Of a stretch of 64,000 bases of DNA, positions 38,052 to 51,700 are shown one piece after another. Each line of letters opens with the position of its first letter. Position 1 is the stretch's first letter. Made by a program: the position numbers and the translations under genes. This DNA is from Antedon mediterranea (taxonomy: Eukaryota > Animalia > Echinodermata). The notes below the pieces were generated by a model. It was not told where the DNA came from and ran no database searches. It saw only the letters and a list, made by a program, of their open reading frames with translations. Location of the stretch: the NCBI RefSeq assembly GCF_964355755.1, contig NC_092677.1:27763175-27827174 (forward strand), given 5' to 3'.

Positions 38052-40507
38052 ATGGAGGCGAACGTAGCATCCAGTTCACAAGCAGACAACAAAACTGATG
38101 CTGACAAGAAGACGAATAAAGATGAAGTTAGCCCTGTACATCTTGTACGCCAGCTAGGCATGGTAGCCTGCATCACCATGACAGTGGGTACAGTTATTGG
38201 ATCTGGGATATTCATATCTCCAAAGGGAATATTGATGAATACAGGGAGCCTCGGAGCGTCTATGATTGTATGGGCTTTATGTGGCGTATTGGCAACATTA
38301 GGGGCTCTGAGTTACGGGGAGCTCGGGACGACTTTTACGAAATCAGGTGGCGATTACATCTATCTGATGGAGTCGTTTGGGCCTATGGTTGCTTTTATTC
38401 GTATCTGGACTTACCTCGTGTCTGTTAGGACAGGATCCAGTGCGGTTGTAGCTTTGACGGCTGCAACTTATCTCCATCGAGTTTTTCTACCAAATTGTGA
38501 AGAACTTCCATATATATCAGTACGACTCATCGCTGTTGTTATCTTAGGTATGAGTAATAAACACGTCAATTGGAAGAAAAGAGTCACATTAAACTACGTT
38601 TAAAACGTTTATTCCAGTGTGTGGCTTGCTAAACAGTTTACTTATGGCAATCTCTAAAATTTAAAATGTAATCTACTCGATCCTTATTTTAATTAACAAG
38701 GCCATATAGATGGTGCTAGTGTTTACCGACCGACCGACCAACCTACCAACTGACCGAAATTACTGAACATGTTTAAAAATGTTGAAATGTTTTAAAACAG
38801 TTATATTTTTTTAATTTACACGTGCGTAGCCTGTCACTTTTGACGTGCTTGTATAACGTAATTTCGAGTTGAAAAGTAAGTCAAGAAAACAGAAATCAGT
38901 CAAAAAGAGTACGCAATAACATTTAACGCGCACTCATGGCAATTTTGTAAACGCTTAAAATTGCCTGAAACGTACTCTTATTTCATCGAAAATAAATTTT
39001 GAAAATTTTAAGCGCGCGTACGCATGCGTTACATGCGCTACGCACGTAATTGTATTGCCATATGATGATTTATGCCCTGAAATTTATGAGTACCAAATTG
39101 TATTTAATTGTGATTCATGGTTGTGAAGATATGATTACAAACGTGATTTCGTTAAATCGTGCGTAGACCGCGTAATTTTTTATTGCGCACCGTGAAAACA
39201 TAACCACATCGATTCCTGGCCATAAGGAATATACTGTGAAAAATTGACTTAGCTAGATTAAACTGATATCAAGATAAGGTCAAAAAGCGATAAAACGCAT
39301 AGTGATACCGGACCGACAGACCGACAGACCGACCGACATAGTGAACTATAGAGTCGCTTCCACGCGACTAAAATCGTTCTATCTTTATTATTATAACGTT
39401 AAAAAAAATCTTTTTTTTTCTCCAAAATTGGGTTTTAGTGTTTATTTTCTACGTGAATTGTGTCAGCGTTCCGTTGACAACGCACCTTCAAGTGATACTA
39501 ACAGTCGCAAAGGTTCTTGGGATAGCGCTCATCATATTAACTGGATTCGTTTTTATTTGTAAAGGTAAAGTTATATTTTGTTGTAATTGACCGTTTCTAT
39601 CTACAGTTTATCATGTATGCATCATTTCTTTCTTACATTATTGACACTAGACTTGGCAATCATGAGCCCTTTCTCTTTCGAGGTTGTTTAATTTGCGTGA
39701 AAATCACAAAAATTACAAGAACTGAAAAATAAAGGTTTTATTGAAATCCTCTGGTGCATTAACGAAAATGTTTATTTCCGATTGTGTTTGAAACTGTCAA
39801 TTCAAATGAACCGATCTTGGAACATTTCATTTCATTAGAGGGATGTTTGCTTCCGATTATGATTGAAACTGTCAATTCACACCGGTGCAATTCAAATGCT
39901 CCGATCTTGGAACACTTCATTTCATTAGAGGGATGTTTGCTTCCGATTATGTTTGAAACTGTCAATTCAAATGCTCCGATCTTGGAACAGTTCATTTCAT
40001 TAGAGGGATGTTATGATTTTTTGTGTTTCAGGTCAAATACAGAATTTTGAAGATTCGTTTGAAAAGACGATTGACATCAAATGGCAGCAGATACCACTTG
40101 CATTTTATGCGGGTTTGTTCGCCTTCTCCGGATGGTATTTTAAAATTTATTTTGTAATCTATTTATTTATTTAACAACTACTTTATAGAGAATTACACAA
40201 TCAGGTAAAAGAAAACCTGTTTTGCATTGTAGTCCTGTCTTAAATACAAAAAAATCAGGAAAAAAATGTTAAATTTTTTGAAAAATGAGATCGATACCTA
40301 GCTTTGAATGAATTGTTGGGAATATTTCATTTCAGTTGGTAGGTTCTATTTTAGGGCCTGCAAATTTGACGGTGATTGAATAAAATATTTAATTGCAAAT
40401 TCAAACATATTGTTAAAAAAACAAACAAAAAATGTGGCATGGATCGTACGGTGCTTAAAAATCAAGGTGAAAATTGTATATGTATATGTATATGTATATG
40501 TATAAAT

Positions 40508-40545
<38 letters not shown>

Positions 40546-40548
40546 AAT

Positions 40549-40580
<32 letters not shown>

Positions 40581-40583
40581 AAT

Positions 40584-40615
<32 letters not shown>

Positions 40616-40618
40616 AAT

Positions 40619-40650
<32 letters not shown>

Positions 40651-40711
40651 AATTATGTATATGTATATGTATATGTATAAATTATGTATATGTATATGTA
40701 TATGTATAAAT

Positions 40712-40743
<32 letters not shown>

Positions 40744-40746
40744 AAT

Positions 40747-40778
<32 letters not shown>

Positions 40779-40781
40779 AAT

Positions 40782-40819
<38 letters not shown>

Positions 40820-40822
40820 AAT

Positions 40823-40878
<56 letters not shown>

Positions 40879-40881
40879 AAT

Positions 40882-40925
<44 letters not shown>

Positions 40926-40928
40926 AAT

Positions 40929-40984
<56 letters not shown>

Positions 40985-40987
40985 AAT

Positions 40988-41025
<38 letters not shown>

Positions 41026-41028
41026 AAT

Positions 41029-41090
<62 letters not shown>

Positions 41091-41093
41091 AAT

Positions 41094-41137
<44 letters not shown>

Positions 41138-41140
41138 AAT

Positions 41141-41172
<32 letters not shown>

Positions 41173-41175
41173 AAT

Positions 41176-41207
<32 letters not shown>

Positions 41208-41210
41208 AAT

Positions 41211-41247
<37 letters not shown>

Positions 41248-43415
41248 GTATATGCTTATCAGGCTTTTTATTAAAGTATGAAATTGTACGTTGTTCTTAT
41301 ATTTTTTTAATTCATAGCTATTTTTAATTGACAGGCAATACACACCCACTTTTGCTGAAGAAATTGTCCGACCAGCAAGGTGAGATATTACCTTTAGTAA
41401 TCATGTTCATCCTAATTATAACAATAGTAGTCGCAATTATTCTAGTTTTTTCGTAATTTTTATCATCATTTTCTTAAGATTTAATCCGTTTTCTTTGCCA
41501 CAGAACGTTACCTCTTTCCATCATCATATCTATGGTAATTATCACTACTGTGTATCTAACAGCAAACGTCGGTTACTTTGTACTTTTGACACCAACGCAG
41601 TTACTGGATTCCGATGCAGTTGCACTGGTTAGTAATCTGTTACTATTCATCATTATCTTACTCATCATTACGTCATCATGGTTATTTTCTGAGCCGAAAT
41701 AACTATCAGAATGGTAGTTAAAATTGATTTATTACGTCATTATCTTCTTTCTTATATTCTGAGCCAAAACAACTATAAATTTAATTATTGTACCTAATTC
41801 ATAATTTATTTATATTTCTTAGAGTTTTGCTCAGCAGGCGTTTGGAAGCTTTAGCTGGATCGTCTCGTTAGCCGTAGTATTGTCATGTATTGGAGCCATC
41901 AACGGAGGAATATTCAGTACCTCAAGGTATGGTTCATCAAAATAGATCTCTCTTTAATACTAATCGAATTTTAAAATAGCAATAAATTATACTATCTTTT
42001 TAATTTTCAGAATTATGTTTGTAGCCGCCAGGGAAGGTCATCTTCCCCACATTCTATCGATGATACAAATAGACAAGAAGACGCCACTACCGGCAGCCGC
42101 AGTCATAGTAAGAAACTAATTCATTAACTTCATATTCGTCAATAGTTATCAGTCACGTAATTGGTCAGATGTTTTGCCCTACTCTGACGTAATTTGTACT
42201 TACTAAGTACATTGTGAATACTTGCGAACAAAATACGCAAGTAACTCTCGGGTGGGATTTTGTGATTTATAAAACAACACTCTGACGCAAAGCTACTCCT
42301 CAGTAGTTACAAACAATTATTCACGTATTATTCCTTTTTGCCGAAAGCGCTCCGTTTCTGTATAGTATTTTAGAATCGAGATAAATTGATTTTTTTAAAA
42401 CAATCTTTGTTTACAGTTGCCTATAACCGTAATAATGGTGTGTGGTGAGAGTGTGTACGACCTGATCACCTACTTAAGTTTTACTCGTTGGCTGTTTGTC
42501 TCACTTTCTGTGGCAACGATTCCATACTTTCGATGGAAACATCCAGAATGGGAAAGACCATTCAAGGTATAGTATCCAACTTTTGTGTTTTGTAATTTGT
42601 AAGTTATTCGCGTGTAATATTCGTGCAACATTCGAGGACTAGAGTAGGTGTACATGAGGTAATGTGTACTGGCATTTTATTACAAATGGTCGGAGTGGAA
42701 CCATCTTGAAACATTACCACTGTATTAATTATGTGTTCGTTATTTGTTAAGGTACCTTTGTTCGTGCCAATCACGTTTACATCAGTCACATTGTTACTGG
42801 TTGTCATGTCACTCTATTCCTCACCAAGGCAGTGTGGGATAGGTTTTCTGATTCTTATTTCCGGTATACCAGTTTATTTAGTGGGAGTTCGATGGAAAAA
42901 TAAACCAGACTGGGTTAACAACGCGACGGGTGAGTTTATTGACTTCTTTACAACTTGTGCACCCCTTTTACACCACAAAATGACAAAATTAGTACCACCA
43001 ATCAAATTACGTATCATGTAATTCTTCAGTGACGTCATAAAGTTGACATGCGTGTAGGCTACTTCTTAAATTGATTAATTTAAAATTAAATTATTATATT
43101 GAGTTTCTATTTGGGAAATTTATAATACTATTCTCATCAATTTAGAAAACTTATTAATTAAAGTTAGATAAAGTGAGTGCAGTAATACTTCTACATTTTG
43201 GAAAATGTCAAAATGCTACTATCAATAACACTCATACAGCTAAATGACTGTATACTATTAATTAAAAGTACTTTATTAATTAATTAATCATTTAATTTAT
43301 AATTAAAAACATCTGAAAACAATAACCAAGCAATTTCGGTTTCTTTGCAGTAAAAATGACGATCTTCTTTCAAAAACTGTTTCTTGTGGTGAAACAAGAA
43401 ACGAAGACGTACTGA
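38052..43415 (+). CDS. SLC7 light-chain amino-acid transporter, cystine/glutamate transporter (xCT/SLC7A11)-like, paralogue A; 10 exons, ~495 aa
   Basis: Exons 38052-38547, 39439-39564, 40032-40134, 41335-41379, 41504-41627, 41823-41926, 42011-42107, 42417-42566, 42752-42929, 43351-43415 (1488 nt, in phase). Motifs: GTVIGSGIFISPKG, ELGT-SGGDY, FAFSGW, AREGHLP, LSFTRWLF, RPFKVPL. Confidence 0.93.
38697..39369 (-). mobile_element. Independent insertion of the HINE-like element in intron 1 of SLC7 paralogue A
   Basis: Body highly similar to 7246-8072 with a small internal deletion and a different left end. Retains the terminal hairpin AGTCGC-TTCCAC-GCGACT that is mutated in the satellite copies. 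Confidence 0.82.
39776..40012. repeat. Intronic tandem repeat, 3 copies of 75-90 bp
   Basis: TTCCGATT at 39776, 39851 and 39941, each followed by GAAACTGTCAATTCA...CATTAGAGGGATGTT. Confidence 0.9.
40475..41254. repeat. ~780-bp compound microsatellite (TATATG)n punctuated by TAAAT
   Basis: Directly visible; lies in intron 3 of SLC7 paralogue A. Confidence 0.98.
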
Positions 43416-44466
43416 AGGGTTAAGGAGATTTAAATAATTCAATTACGTTTACAGCATGACGTCATTATTTGCTTGCATGTTTTAATGATAGGTTTATGTA
43501 TAGACATTATAACTGGTGTAATGGATCATCATGTTCCCATTGTGAATAGTATTCTATAGTAAAGAACAGGTTGGCGGTAATAAGGACAGACAGAAAGGCA
43601 AGCAATGCGAACGCGACTAATTAATAACAAGCTAACAAATATAAATATATATATACAGTTTACATTTACTGTAAAGCAATGGACCATAGTGCTTAGTTCT
43701 AAATAATGAAAACCAGTTTAACACCTCTACCTCAATAAAATACAACGCATCACGCATGTGCAGGAATTAGTGGCGTAGAAAAGTGTATTGCTCATACAGT
43801 GGACATATTATTATAGCATTTTCATTTAAGTTACCAAACATTGTTTAATGTATCAATTAGGAGATTAAATAAACATGCTTACGGGAAATTTTCAATTAGA
43901 GTGTTTGTTTTAATATTAACCCAGTCACTAGAGGGCTAGAGGGAATCCAAAATAGTAATGTAATAATAATATGAAACGTGTGGAACACACAGTTTAAGGA
44001 CAATCATGAAGCCCAACTGCATAAATGATAAATGTTTCGACTATACTCAAGGAACAAAGAAGTTCTTCACAGTATAGAAAGATGATGATGAACAGGTTGA
44101 TTTAAAATCTAGTAACAAAATTATTTGACGAGGAGAGATGCAGTGAAGTCGTCGCGAGATAAATACTAAAATGTCGACTATGTCGTACGAGCATTTAATT
44201 AATTTTAATTTGATTATCATTCAAACCATTACAAGTCATTATTGCCCCCACTTAGAAACGTGCCTTACACAATAATTGCCAACTAAAGTTGATTATTGGT
44301 CAACTGAAGTTGATAAGTTACCAAGCGATAATTAATATCATAATGCAAACAACTAAAGTAAACGTAGAATATTGATGATAGCTAAGGCGTGTATACTTTG
44401 AACTCTGCTATGACATATCATACACAACGTTTGGTGAAACAAGGAACATCCTAGTTGTGCATCAAT

Positions 44467-47400
44467 ATGGAAACACGCAAGCAGAGTATTGGATCCAAAA
44501 TATCAGCAAATGGTTCGATAACATCAAGTACAGGAGATGGAGAAGGAATCGGGCTTGTCCGCCAACTCGGGATATTTTCATTTTCATCGTTAATTATCGG
44601 AACGGTGATTGGATCTGGTATTTTCATTTCTCCAAAAGGAATTTTAGAATATACACATACAGTTGGATTATCCATGATAATATGGGTGGTGTGTGGTTTA
44701 ATTTCAACATTAGGTGCTCTCAGTTATGGAGAATTAGGTACAACATTCACAAAAGCTGGAGGAGATTTTATATACCTTTTGGAATCGTTTGGGCCTATGA
44801 CAGCGTTTCTAAGAGTTTGGACTTGTCTGGCAGCTGTTAGGACTGGCACGTGGGCAGTTCTTGCTATAACATCGGCTACTTATATTTTAACTCCTTTTTA
44901 TCCTAGTTGTCCTGTTCCAGGATTGGCTGTCCGTCTTCTTGCTGCCACGATTTTGTGTAAGTATTTATATAGATGGATTAAACAGGCCGAACGTTTCCAA
45001 ATCAACATCATTGTTCCAATAAAGTAACACTAAGCAACATGTAATACAATAATTTATTTACAATCTGTAATCTATGAAAAAAAGTGGAAATTATTTTCTT
45101 GACACGGTTCTTAGAGAAAGATTTGTTGTAGAATATTAAGAGTTGGTTAAATAAATTATGTAGGATATTAAATTTTTGAACTTTAACTTGTCTATGACGT
45201 GACCCAGTCAATGCTCATGGCTATCTCTTCATGTAAACAGAATAATAGCTGATAATGTTTGTTTTCATTGCAGGTGCGGTTTTCTTAGTCAATTGCGTCA
45301 GCGTTCCATTAACCTCTCGTTTGAATGTATTTTTCACAATCGTGAAAGTGTCTGGTTTGATTGTGATTGTCATAGCCGGTATCGTGCTTCTTATCCAAGG
45401 TAAGAATGTTATCTGCGAGGCACAAGAATGACCTAATCCATCAGATACATTGACCACCTCTTCATCACTATTGAAAAAACGGTTCAAACGTCTTCACATA
45501 CGGCTCAAAGCACATATAAAACATTGTCCAAACTTCTTTTGTTTCTTCGATTGTTGACAAAAAACTGGTCAAAGTGGTTCATCCAAATAGACACTAGCAA
45601 ATTTAGACTCACAACTGTAGGATGGTAGCCATATCATTAGAAAAAGAATGAATGTATGCACCACGTGTTTACGCCAAGTAAAATGTCCTAATGGTTAAGA
45701 TAAGTTAATTTGTTTCTTTCAGGAAACACGGAAAACTTTGAAGACGCATTCAAAGGAGACGGACAATTTAAATGGATAGATCTTCCTCTTGCATTTTATT
45801 CTGGCCTTTTTGCATTTTCTGGTTGGTAAGTTGCTACTGGTATTACACAATAACTTCATATTAGATTTACTATCCAACATGCAATATAAGAAACCTCTTG
45901 ATTGTTTGTTAATTGGTAATGACAAATATATTTTGTCTTTATCATTAGGCAAATTACAGCTGCTATGGTAGAAGAAGTGATCAACCCATCAAGGTACGGT
46001 TTATAAATCTTTAAACATTCTTTAGTATATTGAAAGTACTTTCTAATTTGCATTATTATTAAACAAATATAATTACAAATTTTCAGAACTCTTCCTGTTT
46101 CAACAGTCATCGCTATGACAGTGATTACCAGTGTATACATCATGGCAAATATTGCATATTTCACTGTTCTATCACCAGCTGAGATTCTCGCTTCTGACGC
46201 CGTTGCATTGGTAAATACCGTATTGCCTTGTTCTTTGCATCAAATTCGTCCATCAATTCTTTTCTTTATATTCCTTCTTGACGCAATAACCTCGCTCCTT
46301 CTGCCATCTTTCTCATCAGACCTCCAATAATCATCATTTTATAGTCATCATTATCGTTTAGTATGTTGCTTTTGTAGAGTTTTGGTCAGAAGGTGTTTGG
46401 AGACTGGGCCTGGATATTATCGCTTGTGGTAGCGTTTTCTTGTATAGGTGCAATTAATGGCGGGATCTTGTCCACTTCAAGGTAATGTTGACAATCATTT
46501 ATATTACACTCGAACCGAACATTTTTCTAAATGCAAGATGCAACCTCATTTATACGTTCCCGTTTTGTTCCTTTTCCAAATAATTTCTACTTTTTTGGAA
46601 GATTCTCCTTTACTTATGTTCTTATTTGTTTCTCCTCTTAGAATGAACTTTGCAGCGTCACGTGAGGGTCAATTACCTAAACTGTTATCAATGATTCACA
46701 TAAACTTCAAAACACCAATGCCGTCTGCAGTCATTATGGTAATTAGCTGCTGCTATCTTGCAATGCAATTGGTCCAAAGACTACTTAGTGTTACATCTGC
46801 ATTTCTACTACAACTGAATATAGTTTAACTTAAGTTCTATATTCTACCACACTTTTGGAAAATCACCTGTATAAACAAAAAACTATTACTAGCTAAATTT
46901 CTGAAGTCCATGATTTCTGGTTGATCACCCAGGCTAAAAATATATCCAATATCAGAGAGTACAATGTACCATGTTTATTCATTTTCAGATTCCAATTGCT
47001 TTGATACTACTTGTTGGTGACAGTGTGTACAGTCTTATAAACTACTTAAGCTTTACCCGTTGGTTGTTTATCGCTCTCACTGTTGGAACTGTTCCTTACT
47101 ATAGAATAAAATATCCGGACTGGGAACGTCCATTTAAGGTTTGTTATTTAATATAAAAATCAGGAATAGTTTGAAAATAGTACACGGCGAAACGTACCGA
47201 TAAAAAATGACTGTATTATTGTTTTTTATTATTTATTTATACTGGGTGACCTCTTCAGTCAAAGACTGGTCTCTCAGAGGACCCAGTTATGATCAGTGGC
47301 TGTGATGTACTGGTACACCGGAGTAACCCCCTCAAATCCCATTTTCTAGGAGTACGCTCATGTTTGATTTATTTTTTTTTCTCAGGTGAACTTAGCAGTA

Positions 47401-47728
47401 CCAATCATATTCACCTGCTTTGCGTTGTTGGTCGTTGTTGTATCTCTTTACTCTGCACCAAAGGATTGTGGGATTGGACTAGCTATCATGCTTGCTGGTA
47501 TACCACTTTATCTCATAGGTGTGCGGTGGACAAACAAACCATCTTGGTTTGACGAAGGAATGGGTGAGTTTTACAAATTACTGTATAATATAAAGTATAA
47601 TAATACAACTGCAACGAATACTTCAAACACATTCACTAATTCATACTTTTCTTTTATCTTCAGATAATTTCAATTTATTTTGTCAAAAGTTCATGTTGGT
47701 GGTTGAAGGCGATAAAAAAGAGGATTGA
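44467..47728 (+). CDS. xCT/SLC7A11-like SLC7 transporter, paralogue B; 10 exons, ~493 aa
   Basis: Exons 44467-44956, 45274-45399, 45723-45825, 45949-45993, 46087-46210, 46378-46481, 46642-46738, 46989-47138, 47386-47563, 47664-47728. Exons 2-10 have the same sizes as in paralogue A. Motifs GTVIGSGIFISPKG, FAFSGW, SREGQLP, LSFTRWLF. Confidence 0.93.
47215..47325 (-). mobile_element. Second copy of the probable LINE/SINE 3' tail (intron 8 of paralogue B)
   Basis: Matches 31235-31325. Confidence 0.5.
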
Positions 47729-47771
47729 AATGTTAAAACTAAACTAGAACTATACATTTATATATTAAGTT

Positions 47772-48141
47772 TATGGACCCTGTATAAAACTCCACATATA
47801 GACCCTGTATAAAACTCCACATATGGACCTTATATTACTGGTTCTCTATAGACCCTGTATCACTCGCCATCTATGGACCCTGAATCACTCGCCATCTATG
47901 GACCCTGTATCCCCGTCGAAATATGGACCCTGTATCTCCGTCGAAATATGGACCCTGTATCTCCGTCGAAATATGGACCCTGAATAACTCGCCATCTATG
48001 GACCCTGAATCACTCGCCATCTATGGACCCTGTATCCCCGTCGAAATATGGACCCTGTATCACCTTCCAACTGATTCATTCTTTACTTTGTACCTTTTAA
48101 ATTCTTATTATAGTCCTGCATCACTTTCTATTTATGGACCC
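47772..48141. repeat. ~24-25-bp minisatellite (ATGGACCCTG core) just downstream of the paralogue B stop codon
   Basis: More than ten ATGGACCCTG/ATAGACCCTG units with a few recurring tail variants. Confidence 0.9.
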
Positions 48142-48725
48142 GAATATTAACCTTGAGCCCTGGCTAAGATCATCCTTCTCTCATATCAAACAGAGGTGCA
48201 TATATGTATATATATAATGATTCTCTCTTATTTCATAAATAACAAATTTAAATTGCAGTTTCTAAATGAAATTGCAATATTCTATTAATAAAATAATGAC
48301 TTTAAATTATGTAAATATTAGTTCTTTAAACCATTAATGAAATCTGTAATAATACAATAAGTTTTCTTAGATTAAATAAAAACAAAAATGTATAATAAAA
48401 TGTATTATATTGCATCTAGTTTTTTTGTTATATAAAAATGTCAACCGCTTCAAAATCGTTTAAGTGTTAGTTACATTTTTCAATGGTGGTTCTACTTCAG
48501 GTGGATTTGCTCAATAGATATATATATATTATAACTTTTACTAATTTATTAAAAATAAAATATATTTAAAATATAAATTCAAAAGCACACACTATATATT
48601 TAGTGGGTTTATATATTCGGTGAAACACACCGGTATAAATTTCATATCCATAATGATATAACCAGGAAGATAGTAAAAAGTAATATTTTGTTTCTCCCTG
48701 ATATAAGTTCCTCTACCAACACAGG

Positions 48726-51700
48726 TTAGTCTATGTAAGTACACTTTTCTTGTTGAACAATAAGTACAAGTTTCTGCAACCAAGTTGTTATGTAGCCTAA
48801 AAAATAAATTGCAGAATTTTAATTTTTGAAGGGGTCCTTTTTTTTCGACAAAGATCAAAATGAACAAAGGTAGTTTGGCTTATTTACCATAAAACCTCTT
48901 ACTATGGGTTTGCATAAAATTGGTAACATTTCAGTGATCGCTGACTCGAAACAACTATGCACGTGACAGCATAATGTCATCCTCATGACCTACTGCTTCG
49001 CTGAAACACGTTTATATTTCATCTCCGTATACTGTTTTCCGCGACTATTTATATAAGACTTTTTCTAGTCCAAAAGTTCCGCAATTATTTTTAACTATTA
49101 AAACACATTCCGAACAAATTTAGACCAGCGCAAATTTTCTTATTGGAAATGTACTGTATTCCAATAATTCTAATTTAACATTTTTGTGCTAGTTGCAATT
49201 TCTGATTTTCCAGTAAAAATTAAAATGGGTGTACTCACTTTGTTTGCCAATGCATTGTCTTCTACTAATCAGGTAAACAGGTATCCCAGAAAGCATCAGA
49301 CCTAAACCAATACCACACTCAATAGGAGCAGAGTACAAACTTAAGGTGACCAGGAATAAACAAAACAAGACAAACGTGATGGGTACCAACAGGGGAACCT
49401 GAAGCAATATACAAATGATAACAACAATAGATTGCAAATGAATGATTTGATGATTATACATAATAATATTTAACATTGAAAATCAAAATTGATGACATAA
49501 AATACAGGATAGAATAATGACACTACATTAATATAAATACTATCTTCTGATAACAGTCAGGGGAAGATGGCAAAAGATTTCCTACTTTTTAAGAGTTTTA
49601 TCAGATAATCTATATTGTTTTGACAACTTGACCACAGTGCTGATTTTGCTATTTTTCCTCTAACTAAAAAGGATTAGAACCAAATATTTTGTTTAAAAAA
49701 AATTACTTCTCCAAAACTTCACCCTACCTTAAATGGTCTGTTCCATTCTGGATGCTTCCATCTGTTGTATAGTATGGTTGATGCAGATAATCCAAGAAAA
49801 AGCCATTTGGTAAAACTTAAGTAGTTTATTAGGCTGTAGACACTGCTACTTGTTAAACATAGTAAGCAAAATGGAACCTACCAACAATAAAAGAACATGT
49901 GATGTGAATCTGTAGACATGGATAAAAGGTAAATAGCATGCTTCACAAACACGCACTTCAAGACTAATAAAGATAATGAAATTAAATCATTCATTCTTCA
50001 TTTAGCTTTTTAAATAGATTTAAATGTAGGTCAGATGGAAATGGAACACTATCAAACTTTATGTGACAAAAAAATGTGATGTGTCCATATATGGACACGA
50101 TGATGTCATATCACTACCATATTTGAGCATATCACTACCATATGTGGGCACATCACACTTTGTTTTTGTCAAACTAGTTTGATTGTGTAGACAGAGCTTA
50201 TGGAAAAGCAATATAAATTACTGTAAATAAACAATGAGTCTAATAGAGTATTTCACAAATATTATAGCATATAGTTTTGTGGTAAATACATAAAAATTTA
50301 AAAAATGTCAACGTAATGACAAACCATTAAAAGTATAGCAGGTATTGGCGTCTTGCAGTTAACTTGAATCATTGAAAAGAATGATGGCAGCTGTCCCTCA
50401 CGTGATGAAACAAAATACATTCTACAAGAAAACAATTTGAGATAGTAGGTAACTTTGAACTACGTCATGTTATATTGGACGTGTGTCCTCGCTCTTCACC
50501 AAAACACAAGTTTGTTGGTTTCAACATCGATTGCCCCGACTTAGGTTGGTCGTCGCAAAACAAAAGCTCTCTAAATACCTTTTAAACTAATATTCAATTT
50601 GTATTTGTTATTGCTGAATCTGATATAATAAGGAACACAGTCAATCCAACTGACCTTGATGTACTAAGAATTGAGGCATTGGCGGACCCAATACAAGATG
50701 CTGACACAGTTAGTGCGATGATCCATGACATCTTATTAAATGCAGACTGCCAGTAGGTCTATCGAAAGAGTGAAATGTTTAATAATCAATAAACCATATA
50801 GATCATCAAATTTAGGGTACGCTAGGATTATAGGGAAAACCCACCGACCTGAAATGACCCTTTCCGAAAAATAGTATATACTGTATACAGCAGAGAGTAC
50901 AAATTAATGTTAGTTTGAATAAACACTTTAACATGTTTGCGATGTGATATATTATAGTTTTGTTCTGTAACTACTTTTGTTGTAGAATGTCAACAACGTA
51001 ATGGGGTTCATTGTGTGTACACATTGGGTACAATGGTGTAAAGCAACTCACCAGGGCAACGGCCTCAGAGTTAAGAATATCGTCAACAGACAGAACAGTG
51101 AAGTAGGACACGTTGACCAGAAGGTATAATGATGTAATAATCACCATGGAGATGATAATAGCAACTGGAATGGTTCTGAAAACAAACAAAATATGATATA
51201 TATCGTAAACCACAATTATTATTATAATATGCTATTTTTATTACTAATTTAATTAAGTTTATATTAGTATTAATTGGCTAATTACTCGCTGTTGGATGTG
51301 TATGAAATTAAATAAAAATTGTTCTTCCCCCTTTCTTATAATAATAATGGTCTTATATAGCGCCTAATAAAATGTTGCTAAGCGCTTATGTCTGTTTATT
51401 TACCTATGTGGTCTCTTTATTTCTTCAGTCATTTGAGGAAGACACTGCCTATAAATAAGAGGAAAATTATTTTTTTTTAACTTTCTAAAAAACAAATTGT
51501 ACTCAAAAGTTATTCTTTAAAAAATGACAAAAATAAAATCGTACCATCCTGAATATGCATACATCCCTGAATATAAAGCTAGAGGAAGTTTTGTGATTTC
51601 AATGTGTGATTCAATACCATTTGAGAAATTATCTCTATTACCTGAAAAAATAATAATAATGAAATCATTTTAAAGACAACCTGGTTTAGTTAATTCCAGA

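Noticed and set aside
41140-41349. ORFs with YMYM/HIHI repeats
   Set aside because: Translations of the TATATG microsatellite.
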